A DNA stretch of 64,000 bases from an uncultured cyanobacterium (GCA_963710605.1 CAVQBA010000004.1:672001-736000), one strand, 5' to 3'; shown: positions 1 through 10,536, counted from the first letter of the stretch. The notes: generated by a model from the sequence alone, not told the origin. A program made the numbers and translations.

Positions 1-486
1 AATAGTAATCGTTTTAAAATAAGATTTGAGATTCAGACTATCTAAAACTTGATATACACGAGTATCGAAATTAGAAATTAATCCCAATTGTATTCCTTGT
101 TGTTGCCATTGATTCAAAACATCTATTGTTTCTTCATAGATATACCAAGGTTTACTAGTTTGAAAATAATCGTACAACTCTCTAAAAAAATCATGAAAAT
201 CAGTAAACTGTTTTAAAACATTGGCTTTAGCAAAAGTACGATAAGCAATTTTTTTCCACCAAATATATTCTAATTTTCGGACAACTTCGTATTCAGTGCT
301 ATCAAAAGCTAGAGGTGAAGATTCTTTGAATGATTCGTAAAAATATTGATTAATTAATTTAGCATCTGTTTCTACGCCATATTTACTAGCTAATTTACTG
401 TAAATATACCCTACGCTATTTCTCACGCCAAAAATTGTACCAACTGCATCCAAGAAAATAACTTGAGGAGTATTATTGTTGTTCAT
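1..486 (-). CDS. HAD-superfamily hydrolase (REG-2-like), 3' end runs off the window
   Basis: Manual translation from ATG at 486: MNNNNTPQVIFLDAVGTIFGVRNSVG...GIQLGLISNFDTRV (HAD motifs I and II). Not in the ORF track. Confidence 0.85.
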   Translation of the reverse strand, partial: MNNNNTPQVIFLDAVGTIFGVRNSVGYIYSKLASKYGVETDAKLINQYFYESFKESSPLAFDSTEYEVVRKLEYIWWKKIAYRTFAKANVLKQFTDFHDFFRELYDYFQTSKPWYIYEETIDVLNQWQQQGIQLGLISNFDTRVYQVLDSLNLKSYFKTITI

Positions 487-536
487 TAATTATAAAGAGC
501 GTTTTTAATTACTTACTAATATCTAATTTTAATTTA

Positions 537-1094
537 TTAGTTCAAATTAAGGAAAGGGCGTGCCAAAAAATAACTACAAACAGTTTTTGCATCAATCTCA
601 TGACAACTAGTCTGAATTAATTCTTCAAACTCGGTAAAACTCATCAAAACAACTTCAATATCTTCATCTTCATCTTGAGTCGGAGGATTAGACAATTTTT
701 CTAAGTCTTGAGCTAAAAATGCGTAAATATATTCATCGCAATAACCCGGTGCGAGAGGAAATTTACCTAAATTACGCCACTTACTCGCTTTATATCCTGT
801 TTCTTCTTGTATTTCTCTTTTTATCGTAGTTTCTGGGTTTTCTCCTACTTCTAATGTACCCGCAGGAAATTCTAATAGTCGGCATTTAACGGCAAAACGA
901 TATTGACGAACTAGGACTAATTTACCATCATTAGTAACAGGTACGGCTAATGCACCGCCGGGATGTCTGATACATTCCCATTCACCTATCGCACCATTCG
1001 GCAGTTTTAGTTTGTTTACTTCAAATTGAAATTTTCTTCCTTGAAAAAATAAACGAGAATTTAATACTTCAGGTAATTCGGGAATTTCTGACAT
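537..1094 (-). CDS. NUDIX hydrolase (ADP-ribose pyrophosphatase-like)
   Basis: Nudix box GTLEVGENPETTIKREIQEETGY; HPGG and RQYR motifs. Confidence 0.9.
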   Translation of the reverse strand: MSEIPELPEVLNSRLFFQGRKFQFEVNKLKLPNGAIGEWECIRHPGGALAVPVTNDGKLVLVRQYRFAVKCRLLEFPAGTLEVGENPETTIKREIQEETGYKASKWRNLGKFPLAPGYCDEYIYAFLAQDLEKLSNPPTQDEDEDIEVVLMSFTEFEELIQTSCHEIDAKTVCSYFLARPFLNLN

Positions 1095-1153
1095 TATTTG
1101 ATGAATAGTATTTATCGATCGATTTTTCTTTTTATTACTAATATTTTATAGTA

Positions 1154-1497
1154 TTATAGCAATTGTCATACTTCTAAAATACAGAACGTTCCCCCTAAAT
1201 CTCCGCCCCTTCTATCCACGGCAGGGCTGTTTCATTATCGGAAGAGAAAATAGCTATCTGCTATTATTACAATACGATCGAGTTTCATTCTAGAAAGCGA
1301 AAATAGCTAGAAGCTATTATTACAATACGATACAGCGATTTGGTAACATTGTCTTTTTACTATTATAAAAAAACGGCTAAATTTACGGCTATTTCTTAGT
1401 TGTAGGAATTACAAAGATAAGACTTGAAACAGCCCTACTTATGAAGAGGGACTTGCTAATTTTAACTGTATCTCATAAATTATGATAAACGCTATAA
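1154..1497. mobile_element. TATAGC-ended MITE-like repeat interrupted by a second MITE
   Basis: Ends ttatagc...gctataa; the two halves match the uninterrupted inverted copy at 2856-2965. Confidence 0.6.
1223..1436. mobile_element. MITE with 12-bp perfect terminal inverted repeats
   Basis: agggctgtttca (1223-1234) and tgaaacagccct (1425-1436); internal direct repeat gaaaatagcta-NNN-gctattattacaatacgat twice; no ORF. Confidence 0.75.
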
Positions 1498-1517
1498 TTA
1501 ACTATTCTTAATTTGAT

Positions 1518-2774
1518 TTAATTAATATTTTCTGGTGGTTTGGCTATAATAATATTAACTGGGTTTATCGGGTTAAAACGAGTCATATTACCGATCGATA
1601 TTGATTTATTTATTTGCACGTTCATAATATTATATTGCCATTTTTTATCTTTAAACCATTGTGAAGCGATCGCTAAATTTTCGAGAGTAGCCAAGGCAAT
1701 AACTACTTTTCCTTGATAATTTATTTTGGTTTCGATAATATCTAATAAAGTAACTATTTGCCCATTACTACCACCAATAAAAACTCGATCGACATTTGGT
1801 AACTGGTTAATCATTTTCTCGGCATAATCATTAATCACTTCAATGTTATTTACCTGAAAACGCTGACAATTTTGAGTAATTAATTTAGTACCTACTGTTG
1901 TTTTTTCAATGGCATAAATTTGACTATTTTGACTGATTCTAGCAATTTCAATCGAAACACTACCCGTACCCGCTCCTATATCCCAAACAACTTGATTACT
2001 ATTTAATTCTAGCTCTCCTAATATCAACAGTCTTATCTCACGTTTAGTAATTAATCCCGGTCGATCTTCAAAGGTATAAAATAGATTATCATCAATTCCT
2101 ACTAAAGGTAATTTAGCTAAATCGAATAAAGAAGAGTTACTGTCTTTTTTTTGTTTTAAAACTAGTAAATTAAGAGAAGATAAGTTATTAATATCAATAT
2201 CTTTTTCATCTGTAATTTTCGTTGTTTTTTCGGTTGTATCTCCCAAGTTTTCACATAACCAAAAATCGTAAATAATTGGTAATTTAAGTTGTTGATATAG
2301 TTGCCAAACTACTAAAGGATTATTTTGGGTATCTGTCAAAATTGCCATGACTTCTACTCCTTTTTTCCATTCACTAAGTAAACAATTAATATCTCTACCG
2401 TGAATACTAACAATTTTAGCTAACTGCCAAGGTATTTGTAATTTATTAAAAGCTAATTGTACTGAACTAAGATGAGGATAAAATTCTAGTTTGTCTGAGC
2501 TAAATTCAGTAGTTAATAATCTACCAATTCCAAAAAATAAAGGATCTCCTGTAGCTAAGATAACGATGTTTTTTTCTTGCTGAAGATACTTTTTAATTGT
2601 CTTGATTACTTCAGTTAGATTATTAATTTTTAATTTAATACCTTGATGTTCAGGAAAATAATTCAAATGTCGATCGCCACCTACTAATACATTAGCATTA
2701 TTCACGATCGATAACACCGAAGTTGTTAAACTTTTTTTTCCTTCTAAACCAATTCCGACAACATTTATCTTCAC
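1518..2774 (-). CDS. cbiET: Bifunctional precorrin-6Y/cobalt-precorrin methyltransferase CbiE/CbiT
   Basis: LATGDPLFFGIG N-domain; ITKREIR...WDIGAGTGSVSIE C-domain. Confidence 0.9.
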   Translation of the reverse strand: MKINVVGIGLEGKKSLTTSVLSIVNNANVLVGGDRHLNYFPEHQGIKLKINNLTEVIKTIKKYLQQEKNIVILATGDPLFFGIGRLLTTEFSSDKLEFYPHLSSVQLAFNKLQIPWQLAKIVSIHGRDINCLLSEWKKGVEVMAILTDTQNNPLVVWQLYQQLKLPIIYDFWLCENLGDTTEKTTKITDEKDIDINNLSSLNLLVLKQKKDSNSSLFDLAKLPLVGIDDNLFYTFEDRPGLITKREIRLLILGELELNSNQVVWDIGAGTGSVSIEIARISQNSQIYAIEKTTVGTKLITQNCQRFQVNNIEVINDYAEKMINQLPNVDRVFIGGSNGQIVTLLDIIETKINYQGKVVIALATLENLAIASQWFKDKKWQYNIMNVQINKSISIGNMTRFNPINPVNIIIAKPPENIN

Positions 2775-2795
2775 GTCAATCTAGTCAATAGGTAG

Positions 2796-2824
2796 GTAGG
2801 GACGTTATATTATAACGTCTTTAC
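2796..2824. repeat. GTAG-type REP-like palindrome
   Basis: gtagggacgttata-t-tataacgtctttac hairpin. Confidence 0.6.
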
Positions 2825-2855
2825 GTTGTAAAGATTAGTTTTTTATTTAAAACTA

Positions 2856-2965
2856 CTATAGCGTTTCCCATCTTTATGAGGTACAGTTTATATTTGTAAG
2901 TCCCCCTTTACAAGGGGGATGAGTGGGGGATCGATATGTAATTCATAATACTAATAATTGCTATA
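2856..2965. mobile_element. TATAGC-ended MITE-like repeat with internal cccct/aggggg hairpin
   Basis: ctatagcg...ttgctata; inverted homolog of 1154-1497. Confidence 0.6.
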
Positions 2966-3001
2966 TAAATACCACAGTAGCCAATAATTAATCATTGATA
3001 A

Positions 3002-3658
3002 TTAGTTACTTGACTTACGTTTAATCATCAATTGAATAAATCGTTGCCAATTTTGAAAATCTTGCTCGCTAGGATTAGTTTTCTGCCAAGCTAAACGATT
3101 AATAATATTTTCGTGCCAGTTATCCAAACGAGAATAAAATTTTAAACTAATTCCTAATCGACAAAAAAGAGGCACAGTTGCACCGACTACAATATCAGCT
3201 AAATTAAGTCGATCGCCACCAAAATAGATATTATCATGATCTAGCTGTCGATCGAGAAATTTAAAAATAGTTTCAATCTGCTTTACTTGCTCATCATTAA
3301 AAGGTACAACCGAAGCATTGGTAAAAGATATCAGTTTTGGCACTAATTCATTCACTGTTACCATTTGAATCATCTTCGTTTTTGCTCTTTCTTGAGCTGA
3401 AGATTCTGGGCATAAACTAACAAAATGGGAATATTTCTCTTCTAAATAATCAAGAATCGCTAAAGATTCAATTAATTTAAAACCATCATCAATAATTACA
3501 GGCACATGATGAAAAGGATTTAAAGCTAAAAAATCAGGTTTATTTTGCTCTCCTCGCAGATTAACTAATACAGATTCAAAAGGTATCTGTTTTTCTAATA
3601 AACTTAACCAGACACGACGAGAAATAGGAGAAAGAGGATGATAATAAAATGTCAACAT
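3002..3658 (-). CDS. Glutathione S-transferase family protein
   Basis: NPFHHVPV...ESLAILDYL; YFGGDRLNLADI. Confidence 0.9.
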   Translation of the reverse strand: MLTFYYHPLSPISRRVWLSLLEKQIPFESVLVNLRGEQNKPDFLALNPFHHVPVIIDDGFKLIESLAILDYLEEKYSHFVSLCPESSAQERAKTKMIQMVTVNELVPKLISFTNASVVPFNDEQVKQIETIFKFLDRQLDHDNIYFGGDRLNLADIVVGATVPLFCRLGISLKFYSRLDNWHENIINRLAWQKTNPSEQDFQNWQRFIQLMIKRKSSN

Positions 3659-3677
3659 AATTTTGGTGTTTGTTGGC

Positions 3678-3695
3678 GTTACAAAATGTTAGATA
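3678..3695 (+). promoter_or_regulatory. Putative HLR1 (RpaB) site between divergent GST and USP genes
   Basis: GTTACAAA-AT-GTTAGATA direct repeat with 10-bp period. Confidence 0.45.
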
Positions 3696-3758
3696 TTAAT
3701 GTACCAAATAACTGTATTTTAAAAATAAAGGCTGTTATTTTCCATACTTTTATATAAT

Positions 3759-4601
3759 ATGTTAGATAAAATACTATACGCTGATTCTGGCAACGGTCAT
3801 ACTCAAGAAATGCTCAAGATTTTACTTGACTTACCTGCATTTCAAAAAAGTGAACTCAATATTTTGCACGTTATTCCGCCTCAAGCATCAGCCGATTCCT
3901 TAGCTCAAAAATGGGAAGAAGGAGGTCAAACACTTTCAGACATTGTCACAAATGTCAATCTTGATCCATCTAAAGTATCGACAATTTTAAAGCAAGGCGA
4001 TCCTAAACTCACAGTTTGTCAAACAGCAGAAGAAGTTAACGCTGACTTAATCTTAATGGGTTCGCGCGGTTTAAAGCGTTTAGAATCTTTCCTCGAAAAT
4101 TCGGTTAGTCAATATGTCTTTCAACTAAGTAATCGCCCCATGTTACTGGTTAAAGATGATATTTATGTTCGTAAAATCAAAAGAGTCATGTTAGCCTTAG
4201 ACAAATCAGAAGCGGCTAATTATGCTTTAGATTTAGCATTGTATTTGATGAGAGATTATCGTGAAGCTGAACTATATTTAGCTCGTGTTAACCCCGATAT
4301 GAGTTCAAATTTGGATTTATCAAGAGCGGAAATGGAAGATAATCCTGTTTTAGCACCCGCTTTACAAAAAGCAAAAAGAATGGGAATACCTACTAGATGT
4401 ATTGTTAAAGGTGGTAAACCCGCAAAACAAATTTGCCAGATAGCAGATGATTATAACATTGATTTATTATTGTTAGGCTCACCCGATCGTCGTCCTTCGA
4501 TTGCTAAAAGTTTAGTCGATCTCGATCGTTTAATTGGAACATCCTTATCTGATTATGTCAGAGTTAATGCTAATTGTCCCGTACTTTTAGTCCGCAAATA
4601 A
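3759..4601 (+). CDS. Universal stress protein, tandem USP domains
   Basis: Two USP domains: GDPK...ADLILMGSRG...SVS and GKPAKQIC...DLLLLGS...CPVLLV. Confidence 0.9.
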   Translation: MLDKILYADSGNGHTQEMLKILLDLPAFQKSELNILHVIPPQASADSLAQKWEEGGQTLSDIVTNVNLDPSKVSTILKQGDPKLTVCQTAEEVNADLILMGSRGLKRLESFLENSVSQYVFQLSNRPMLLVKDDIYVRKIKRVMLALDKSEAANYALDLALYLMRDYREAELYLARVNPDMSSNLDLSRAEMEDNPVLAPALQKAKRMGIPTRCIVKGGKPAKQICQIADDYNIDLLLLGSPDRRPSIAKSLVDLDRLIGTSLSDYVRVNANCPVLLVRK

Positions 4602-4667
4602 ACTTTGAACAATGAACAATAAACTCAATTGTTAATTCTCCTTACTCCAGATGTATTGTTTTGCAAT

Positions 4668-4737
4668 ATTAATTATTAATTATTAATTATTAATTACCGT
4701 TAACTCTTAACTCTTAACTTTTAACTTTTAACTTTAA
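4668..4737. repeat. Heptamer short tandem repeats (STRR-like), attaatt and taactct/taacttt units
   Basis: Direct tandem copies; similar tracts near 7745-7780, 12146-12180, 19368-19403, 46513-46545, 50723-50752 and 55110-55140. Confidence 0.7.
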
Positions 4738-4739
4738 TT

Positions 4740-5339
4740 ATGGCTGTTGGCGATCGTTTTAATCGGTTTGTGGGTAAAACCCGTTTTGTTGTATCTCGTA
4801 TTTTTGTTCATTTACAAGGAGAAGAGGTATCACCATTATTAGGTATTTTAAATCAAAATGCTCGTACTGCGATCGATGCAGATGGTGAAATGGATGTGAT
4901 GGGAGAAAGTTTAGTCAATATTTGTCAGGGATTATTAGAATATCAAACTTATTGGCAAAGTGCGGCTAATGAAGGCGATGTCTTTTGGCAAGAAGCAGAT
5001 GCAGGAGATTATGTTGCTGAATTATTTACTGATTCATCTTCTCGTTATCTTTCTCAACCTGATTTGATACCAGAAAATGAAGATGACGAGACATTATCGA
5101 TCGGTGTAACTGATAATATTGTCGTGATGATAACGGTGGCTTTTACAGGAGAAATACCTGAAATTGAAACCGATTTGGCAGACGTTGAAAATTTAACGAA
5201 TGCCTTAAAAGCCCTGATTAGTATTCATTATAAACAAGAATATCGAGCGATCGCTATTCATTTTTCTCCCTCTCAATTAGGAGAAACTTTAACCAACGAA
5301 CAAACTATTCTCAATTTTGCTGAATTAATACCCGTATGA
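4740..5339 (+). CDS. Conserved cyanobacterial protein (DUF1517-like)
   Basis: Recognised from memory of the family; typical coding style. Confidence 0.6.
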   Translation: MAVGDRFNRFVGKTRFVVSRIFVHLQGEEVSPLLGILNQNARTAIDADGEMDVMGESLVNICQGLLEYQTYWQSAANEGDVFWQEADAGDYVAELFTDSSSRYLSQPDLIPENEDDETLSIGVTDNIVVMITVAFTGEIPEIETDLADVENLTNALKALISIHYKQEYRAIAIHFSPSQLGETLTNEQTILNFAELIPV

Positions 5340-5502
5340 TAATTAATAATTAATAATGAAATTATGATATTAGTAAACAAATTGTCATTATAAACTTTTA
5401 ATTATCTGTTTTTGATATTTCTTAATTGAAGTAAATCTTTTTCAGGTAAGAAGTACAATTGTGACTTGTCATTTAATCAGAGTGTCTTTAGTTTGACAAA
5501 CT

Positions 5503-5856
5503 CTATTTTGCTTGATTTGGTTCAAGTAAGCTAATTAAAGTTCCATCAGGAGAACGCATTGCGGCAACTTTACCAAAAGAAGGCTCTCTAACTCTTCCTT
5601 CTAAATCAGCCCCTAAAGATTTTAGTTTTTCGATCGATTCATAAACATTTTCGACGTGAAAACTCAAAATCGGAGCTGTTGCAGTTTGCCCATTTTCATC
5701 CGCACCATGAAGAGCAATCGTTGTTTCTCCTGCTTTTAATTCTGCCCATCCAGGGGTAGAAACTTTGACTTCTAAACCTAAACCCTCTTCATAAAATTTT
5801 ACTGTTGCAGGTATATCTTTTACCATCAACATTATGTGCTTAAATATTGCAGTCAT
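5503..5856 (-). CDS. VOC/glyoxalase family protein (likely start MTAIFKH)
   Basis: HIMLMVKDI...FYEEGLGL...LSFHVENV...SPDGTLISL. Confidence 0.85.
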   Translation of the reverse strand: MTAIFKHIMLMVKDIPATVKFYEEGLGLEVKVSTPGWAELKAGETTIALHGADENGQTATAPILSFHVENVYESIEKLKSLGADLEGRVREPSFGKVAAMRSPDGTLISLLEPNQAK

Positions 5857-6098
5857 TTTGTTTATTTTATTTTTATTTTGATTGTCACGATGATTATTAC
5901 TATACTCGATCGGCAAAACTCACAGCAATATAGGTATTACGTTTATCCCATCTTTCGCATTTTGAAAATATAGTCTAAAAAACAATATTATTACTCATTA
6001 CTTAAACCCTAAGGGCTGGGTAATAATATCCGCAGAAAACCAATCGAGAGAAAATAAAAGTTAGAAGGAAAAAGAAAAATAATCAATCTATAATTTTA

Positions 6099-7556
6099 TT
6101 AATTATCAATTGTCAATTGTTTAACAGGTTTATTCAAGGATTTCAAATTTGGCTCAACTACTTCTTGATTGCCGACGACTAAAGTAACAATATCTTCAGG
6201 TTTCAAATCTGATTGAGCGACTCTGAGAATATCTTCTATTGTCGTATCTTTCACTTGTTTTTGATAATCAAAGATAAAGTCTTGAGGATAGTCGTAATAT
6301 TCATAAGTCATTAATCTAGATAAAGTTTGAGCAGGAGTCTGAAATTTGAAGACAAAAGAATTAAGAATAGAATCTTTGGCATAGTCTAATTCGGCTTCTG
6401 TGATATATTCAGTTTGTAACTTTTCAATTTCTGAAAGAGTAGATTGAATAAACTCAGCCGTAGTTTCACTTTTAGTTTGTCCACCTGCAACAAACATACC
6501 GGGATAATCAAAAGCAGGACTCCAAAATCCATAGACAGAATAAGCTAATCCTTGACGAGATCGGATATCATTGTACAAACGTCCGCCAAAGCCATTGAGA
6601 ACGCCATTAATCACACTCAATGTACTGTAGTTATCATCTTTTAATGTACCTCCTATATGACCCATTAAGATGTTACTTTGAGTCAATTGTGGTCGATCGA
6701 TTAAATAAATATCCTGCTTATTTACTTGCGTCGGTTGTGGTATTTGTTCAAAAGAAGGAAGAGGACTATCTACTTGCCAGTTAGCAAAATATTGATTGAT
6801 TAAAGACTTCATAGTTGCCGGCTCAAAATCACCTACAATACCTAACATCATATTTTCAGGGCGAATATATTGGCGGTAAAAATCAATTACATCAACACGT
6901 GTTATGTTATCAAGAGTCGAGTATTCGACTGTACGTGCATAGGGGCTATCATTACCATAAATTAACTTACCAAATTCTCGATTAGCTACATTTGAGGGGT
7001 TATCATTTCGACGGGCAATAGCACCTTTAAATTGTGTTTTAAGAAAAGCTAGTTTTTCTGGTTCAAATTGCGGTTGTTGTAAGATTTCGGCAAAAAGAGG
7101 AAAAATACTATCTAAATCATAACTAAGGGCAGAAAAACTAGCACTACCTGAAGATTGACTAATACTTGTTTCGATCGAAGCGGCTTTTAGTTCTAAAATA
7201 TCACTTAGTTCTTCTGGAGTATGTTTTTTCGTTCCACCTGTACGAATCAGATTACCAGTAATTTCGGCTAAACCAACTTGATTATTCGGTTCAAATCTAG
7301 AGCCAGTATTAATCACTGCATTAGCGCTAATTAAGGGTAAACGATGATCTTCTACCAAGTAAACTACAATCCCATTTTCGAGTTGATAACGATCGTATTC
7401 AGGTAACTGTATCCTTGGTAAAGGAGGATATTTTAAATCTTGATAGTTAGTCGTAATATCAGCAAAGGCAAAATTACGACTAGTAATAACTAGTAAGCAG
7501 ATAACTAAGCTTAGGGTTAATCCCCGAAAGATTTTAGTAATTATTTTTTTGAGCAT
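6099..7556 (-). CDS. M16 family peptidase-like protein (no HXXEH seen), with signal peptide
   Basis: LENGIVVYLVEDHRLP; GLAEITG; RLYNDIRSRQGLAYSV. Confidence 0.85.
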   Translation of the reverse strand: MLKKIITKIFRGLTLSLVICLLVITSRNFAFADITTNYQDLKYPPLPRIQLPEYDRYQLENGIVVYLVEDHRLPLISANAVINTGSRFEPNNQVGLAEITGNLIRTGGTKKHTPEELSDILELKAASIETSISQSSGSASFSALSYDLDSIFPLFAEILQQPQFEPEKLAFLKTQFKGAIARRNDNPSNVANREFGKLIYGNDSPYARTVEYSTLDNITRVDVIDFYRQYIRPENMMLGIVGDFEPATMKSLINQYFANWQVDSPLPSFEQIPQPTQVNKQDIYLIDRPQLTQSNILMGHIGGTLKDDNYSTLSVINGVLNGFGGRLYNDIRSRQGLAYSVYGFWSPAFDYPGMFVAGGQTKSETTAEFIQSTLSEIEKLQTEYITEAELDYAKDSILNSFVFKFQTPAQTLSRLMTYEYYDYPQDFIFDYQKQVKDTTIEDILRVAQSDLKPEDIVTLVVGNQEVVEPNLKSLNKPVKQLTIDN

Positions 7557-7778
7557 ATATATTATATTTTGATTACCCCTTTTAATGTTTAGTTTAAAAG
7601 TTTTTGGGCTGTAAATAGAAAGTAAAATTAAGATACTGCTACTAGATTAGCTTACTTGATATAAGCTCTCAACCTATTTAACTTACTTTTTTTCTAATCA
7701 TAAAAAATATTGAAACTTTTGCAAGATTGCCTCAAGCCTAATTACTTTAACTTTTAACTCTTAACTCTTAACTTTTAA

Positions 7779-8330
7779 CTAAATAAAACTACCATCGGGC
7801 ATCATAACACCAGAAACGATCGCATTATCCCAAGAAATACCTTGAATTTTAGCGTCTTTCAAACAAGCACCTACTAGATAACTATTATCTAAATTAACAT
7901 TAGTCAAATTTGCTCCCGTCAAATCCGCATTGATTAAATTAACATAACTCAAATCCGCATCAGTTAAATTAGCATAAGACAAATCAACTTCTCGTAAAAA
8001 ACCTGAGCGTAAAATCACCTCGCACAAATTGGCCCGCTTTAAATTAGCTTCTCGTAAAGAAATTTTATACATTAATGCTCTAGCAAAATTAGCTTCAGTT
8101 AAATCAGTATAATCAAGATAAGCTTGAGTTAAATTGACCAATTCTAAATTAGCTTGAGAAAGACTTGCCTTATTGAGATTGATGTAGCTCAAATTAGCTT
8201 CAACTAAACTTGCTCTATTTAAATTAATTTCTTCTAATTTTATATTCTGCAAATCTTGTTGATATAGATCAACTTCGGTAAAATTTCGCTCTCCTCGACT
8301 GTATTGATCTATTAAATCCTCTTTTCTCAT
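7779..8330 (-). CDS. Pentapeptide repeat protein
   Basis: A(D/N)LXX repeats; N-terminal YSRGERNF and C-terminal MPDG typical of cyanobacterial members. Confidence 0.9.
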   Translation of the reverse strand: MRKEDLIDQYSRGERNFTEVDLYQQDLQNIKLEEINLNRASLVEANLSYINLNKASLSQANLELVNLTQAYLDYTDLTEANFARALMYKISLREANLKRANLCEVILRSGFLREVDLSYANLTDADLSYVNLINADLTGANLTNVNLDNSYLVGACLKDAKIQGISWDNAIVSGVMMPDGSFI

Positions 8331-8724
8331 ATGATACGTAATTAAGAACACAAAAATATTGAGTACATATACTTAAAGGTTAACGCTAGTTAATAATCTT
8401 AGTTTATTTCTTAAAAGAAATTTAAGTTATATTAAAAGAATATAAAAATCAAACTTACAGATACAGCAAGTACTAAAAAATACAGCCCATCAGAAACTAA
8501 TCAGACTAAATTAAAAGAATGAAGCTTAATCTTTAAAACTGGCAACTTATTTTTAATCCATAAATCATCTAATTGATTTAACCAAATCAAAATTAAATTA
8601 AAAGTTATCAAGGTATAGACTTCAATCAACAAAGATAAAACTTCTGAGTAAATTAACAATTTGCACTTCTGTTTTAAAACCAGTACCTAATAACTTTTAC
8701 TAATACTCCTGCGTTGAAAAAAAT

Positions 8725-10536
8725 ATGAAATTAGAAGTAACAAGAGAAAAGCTCATGGCAGACATCGCACTTTCAATACATCAGTCTTTGAATCTGGATG
8801 ATATTCTCAACCAAACAGTTACACAAATTAGAAAAGTATTAGAATTAGATCGAGTATTAGTGTATCGTTTTGAGCCAGATTGGAGTGGTATTATCGTCGC
8901 TGAGTCGGTTGTCTTTCCTTGTAATGCTGTCTTTGGCGAACAAATAAAAGACCCCTGTTTAAGTGAACATTTACGAGAACAATATTTTCATGGTAGGGTA
9001 CAAGTAGTTGAAGATATTTATACGGCTAATTTACATCCTTGTCATCTAGATGTTTTGGTTGCTTATCAAGTTAGAGCTAATTTAGTCATGGCGATCGTCA
9101 CAGAAGGTAAATTATGGGGCTTATTAATCGCTCAAAATTGCCATCAACCTCGTCGTTGGTTATTAAAAGAAATCGAATTTCTCAAACATATTTCGAGTCA
9201 TTTGGGTATGGCGATACATCAAACCCATTTACATCATAAGATGACTTGTTTTAATAATTATTTAGAAGTAAGAATTAAAGAGCGTACTGCTAAACTTCAA
9301 CGTAGTATTGAATTTGAACAATTAATTCGATCGTTGACTGAAAAAATTAGAGACACTCTTGATGAAGCAACTATTCTGCAAACTTTAACTCAAGAATTAG
9401 CACAGCTATTACAAATAAATCATTGCAAAATTGATCTTTATAATGCTGAACAATCCTCAACCCATATTGCTTATGAATATGCTCATAATGCTCCTGTTTG
9501 TAAAGGTGTGAACATAGAATTAGAACAGTTACCTAATTTTTATGCTCACCTTTTAAATAAAGAAACTTTACAGATAGTCGCAATCAAGCCAATTTTTTCT
9601 TCTGTCAATGAACGTTCAAACCGTCTTATTTGCCCTATTTTTGACGATCAAGGGGTTTTGGGTAATTTATGGCTAATTCGCTCTTATGACCAAATTTTTA
9701 ATGATTTAGAAGTTCGTTTCGTCGAACAATTAGCCACACAATGTGCGATCGCTATTCGTCAAGCAAGATTATATCAAGCTAGCCAAAAACAAGTTAAAGA
9801 ATTAGAAAAACTAAACAGTTTGAAGGATGATTTTTTAAAGACTATTTCTCATGAATTAAAAACTCCTATGAGTAGTATCATGGTGGGAATTCAAACCCTC
9901 AACAAAATAATTAAGGAAAAAGATAAATTATGGAATAGTCAGTCTATTTTCCAAAGAGTTTTTAACATTATTGAGCAATCGAGTCAACAGCAAAAACAGT
10001 TAGTCGATGATTTATTATCTTTGTGTTACTTAGATGCCCAAAAGGAAATCGTTGATTTAAAATCTATTAATATAGAACGATTTGCTAATATATTAATACA
10101 ACCTTTTGAGCAATATACCAAAAAGCAAGAACAAACATTAACAGTTCAAGTTTCTTCAGAGTTAGATGTATTTGAATCAGACCAAAATATCCTCAAAAGA
10201 ATTTTTACCGAATTGTTAAATAATGCTTGTAAATATACCCCTGCGAACGAAAATATTACTTTATCAGTTACCACCAATCAAAAAGAGAAAACGATTTTGT
10301 TTAAAGTAGCTAATTCAGGTGTAGAAATACCCGCAGAAGAAATACCCAAAATTTTTGATAAACTTTATCGTGTTCCGAATAATGATCCTTGGCGATATGG
10401 TGGAACGGGTTTAGGATTAACTTTAGTGAAAAAATTAGTCGAACTTTTACACGGAGAAATTACGGTTAGTAGTAGCGAGAATGTAACCAATTTTATGGTT
10501 GAGTTTCCCATTCACTTACCAACAAAAGATAGTTAA
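8725..10536 (+). CDS. Cyanobacteriochrome GAF-GAF sensor histidine kinase
   Basis: GAF1 has DPCL and PCH motifs; ISHELKTP, ELLNNACKY and GTGLGL kinase boxes. Confidence 0.85.
   Translation: MKLEVTREKLMADIALSIHQSLNLDDILNQTVTQIRKVLELDRVLVYRFEPDWSGIIVAESVVFPCNAVFGEQIKDPCLSEHLREQYFHGRVQVVEDIYTANLHPCHLDVLVAYQVRANLVMAIVTEGKLWGLLIAQNCHQPRRWLLKEIEFLKHISSHLGMAIHQTHLHHKMTCFNNYLEVRIKERTAKLQRSIEFEQLIRSLTEKIRDTLDEATILQTLTQELAQLLQINHCKIDLYNAEQSSTHIAYEYAHNAPVCKGVNIELEQLPNFYAHLLNKETLQIVAIKPIFSSVNERSNRLICPIFDDQGVLGNLWLIRSYDQIFNDLEVRFVEQLATQCAIAIRQARLYQASQKQVKELEKLNSLKDDFLKTISHELKTPMSSIMVGIQTLNKIIKEKDKLWNSQSIFQRVFNIIEQSSQQQKQLVDDLLSLCYLDAQKEIVDLKSINIERFANILIQPFEQYTKKQEQTLTVQVSSELDVFESDQNILKRIFTELLNNACKYTPANENITLSVTTNQKEKTILFKVANSGVEIPAEEIPKIFDKLYRVPNNDPWRYGGTGLGLTLVKKLVELLHGEITVSSSENVTNFMVEFPIHLPTKDS

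Noticed and set aside
1245-1332. Two ~33-nt direct repeats as a mini-CRISPR
   Set aside because: Only two imperfect copies, inside a MITE, with no cas genes or leader.
2775-3001. Cobalamin riboswitch upstream of cbiET
   Set aside because: No B12-box; the interval is filled by REP and MITE-like repeats.
5857-6098. Hairpin and GCCGATCG motif upstream of the VOC gene as a riboswitch
   Set aside because: It lacks the conserved cores of ZTP or other riboswitches I know, and CGATCG is explained by HIP1 abundance.
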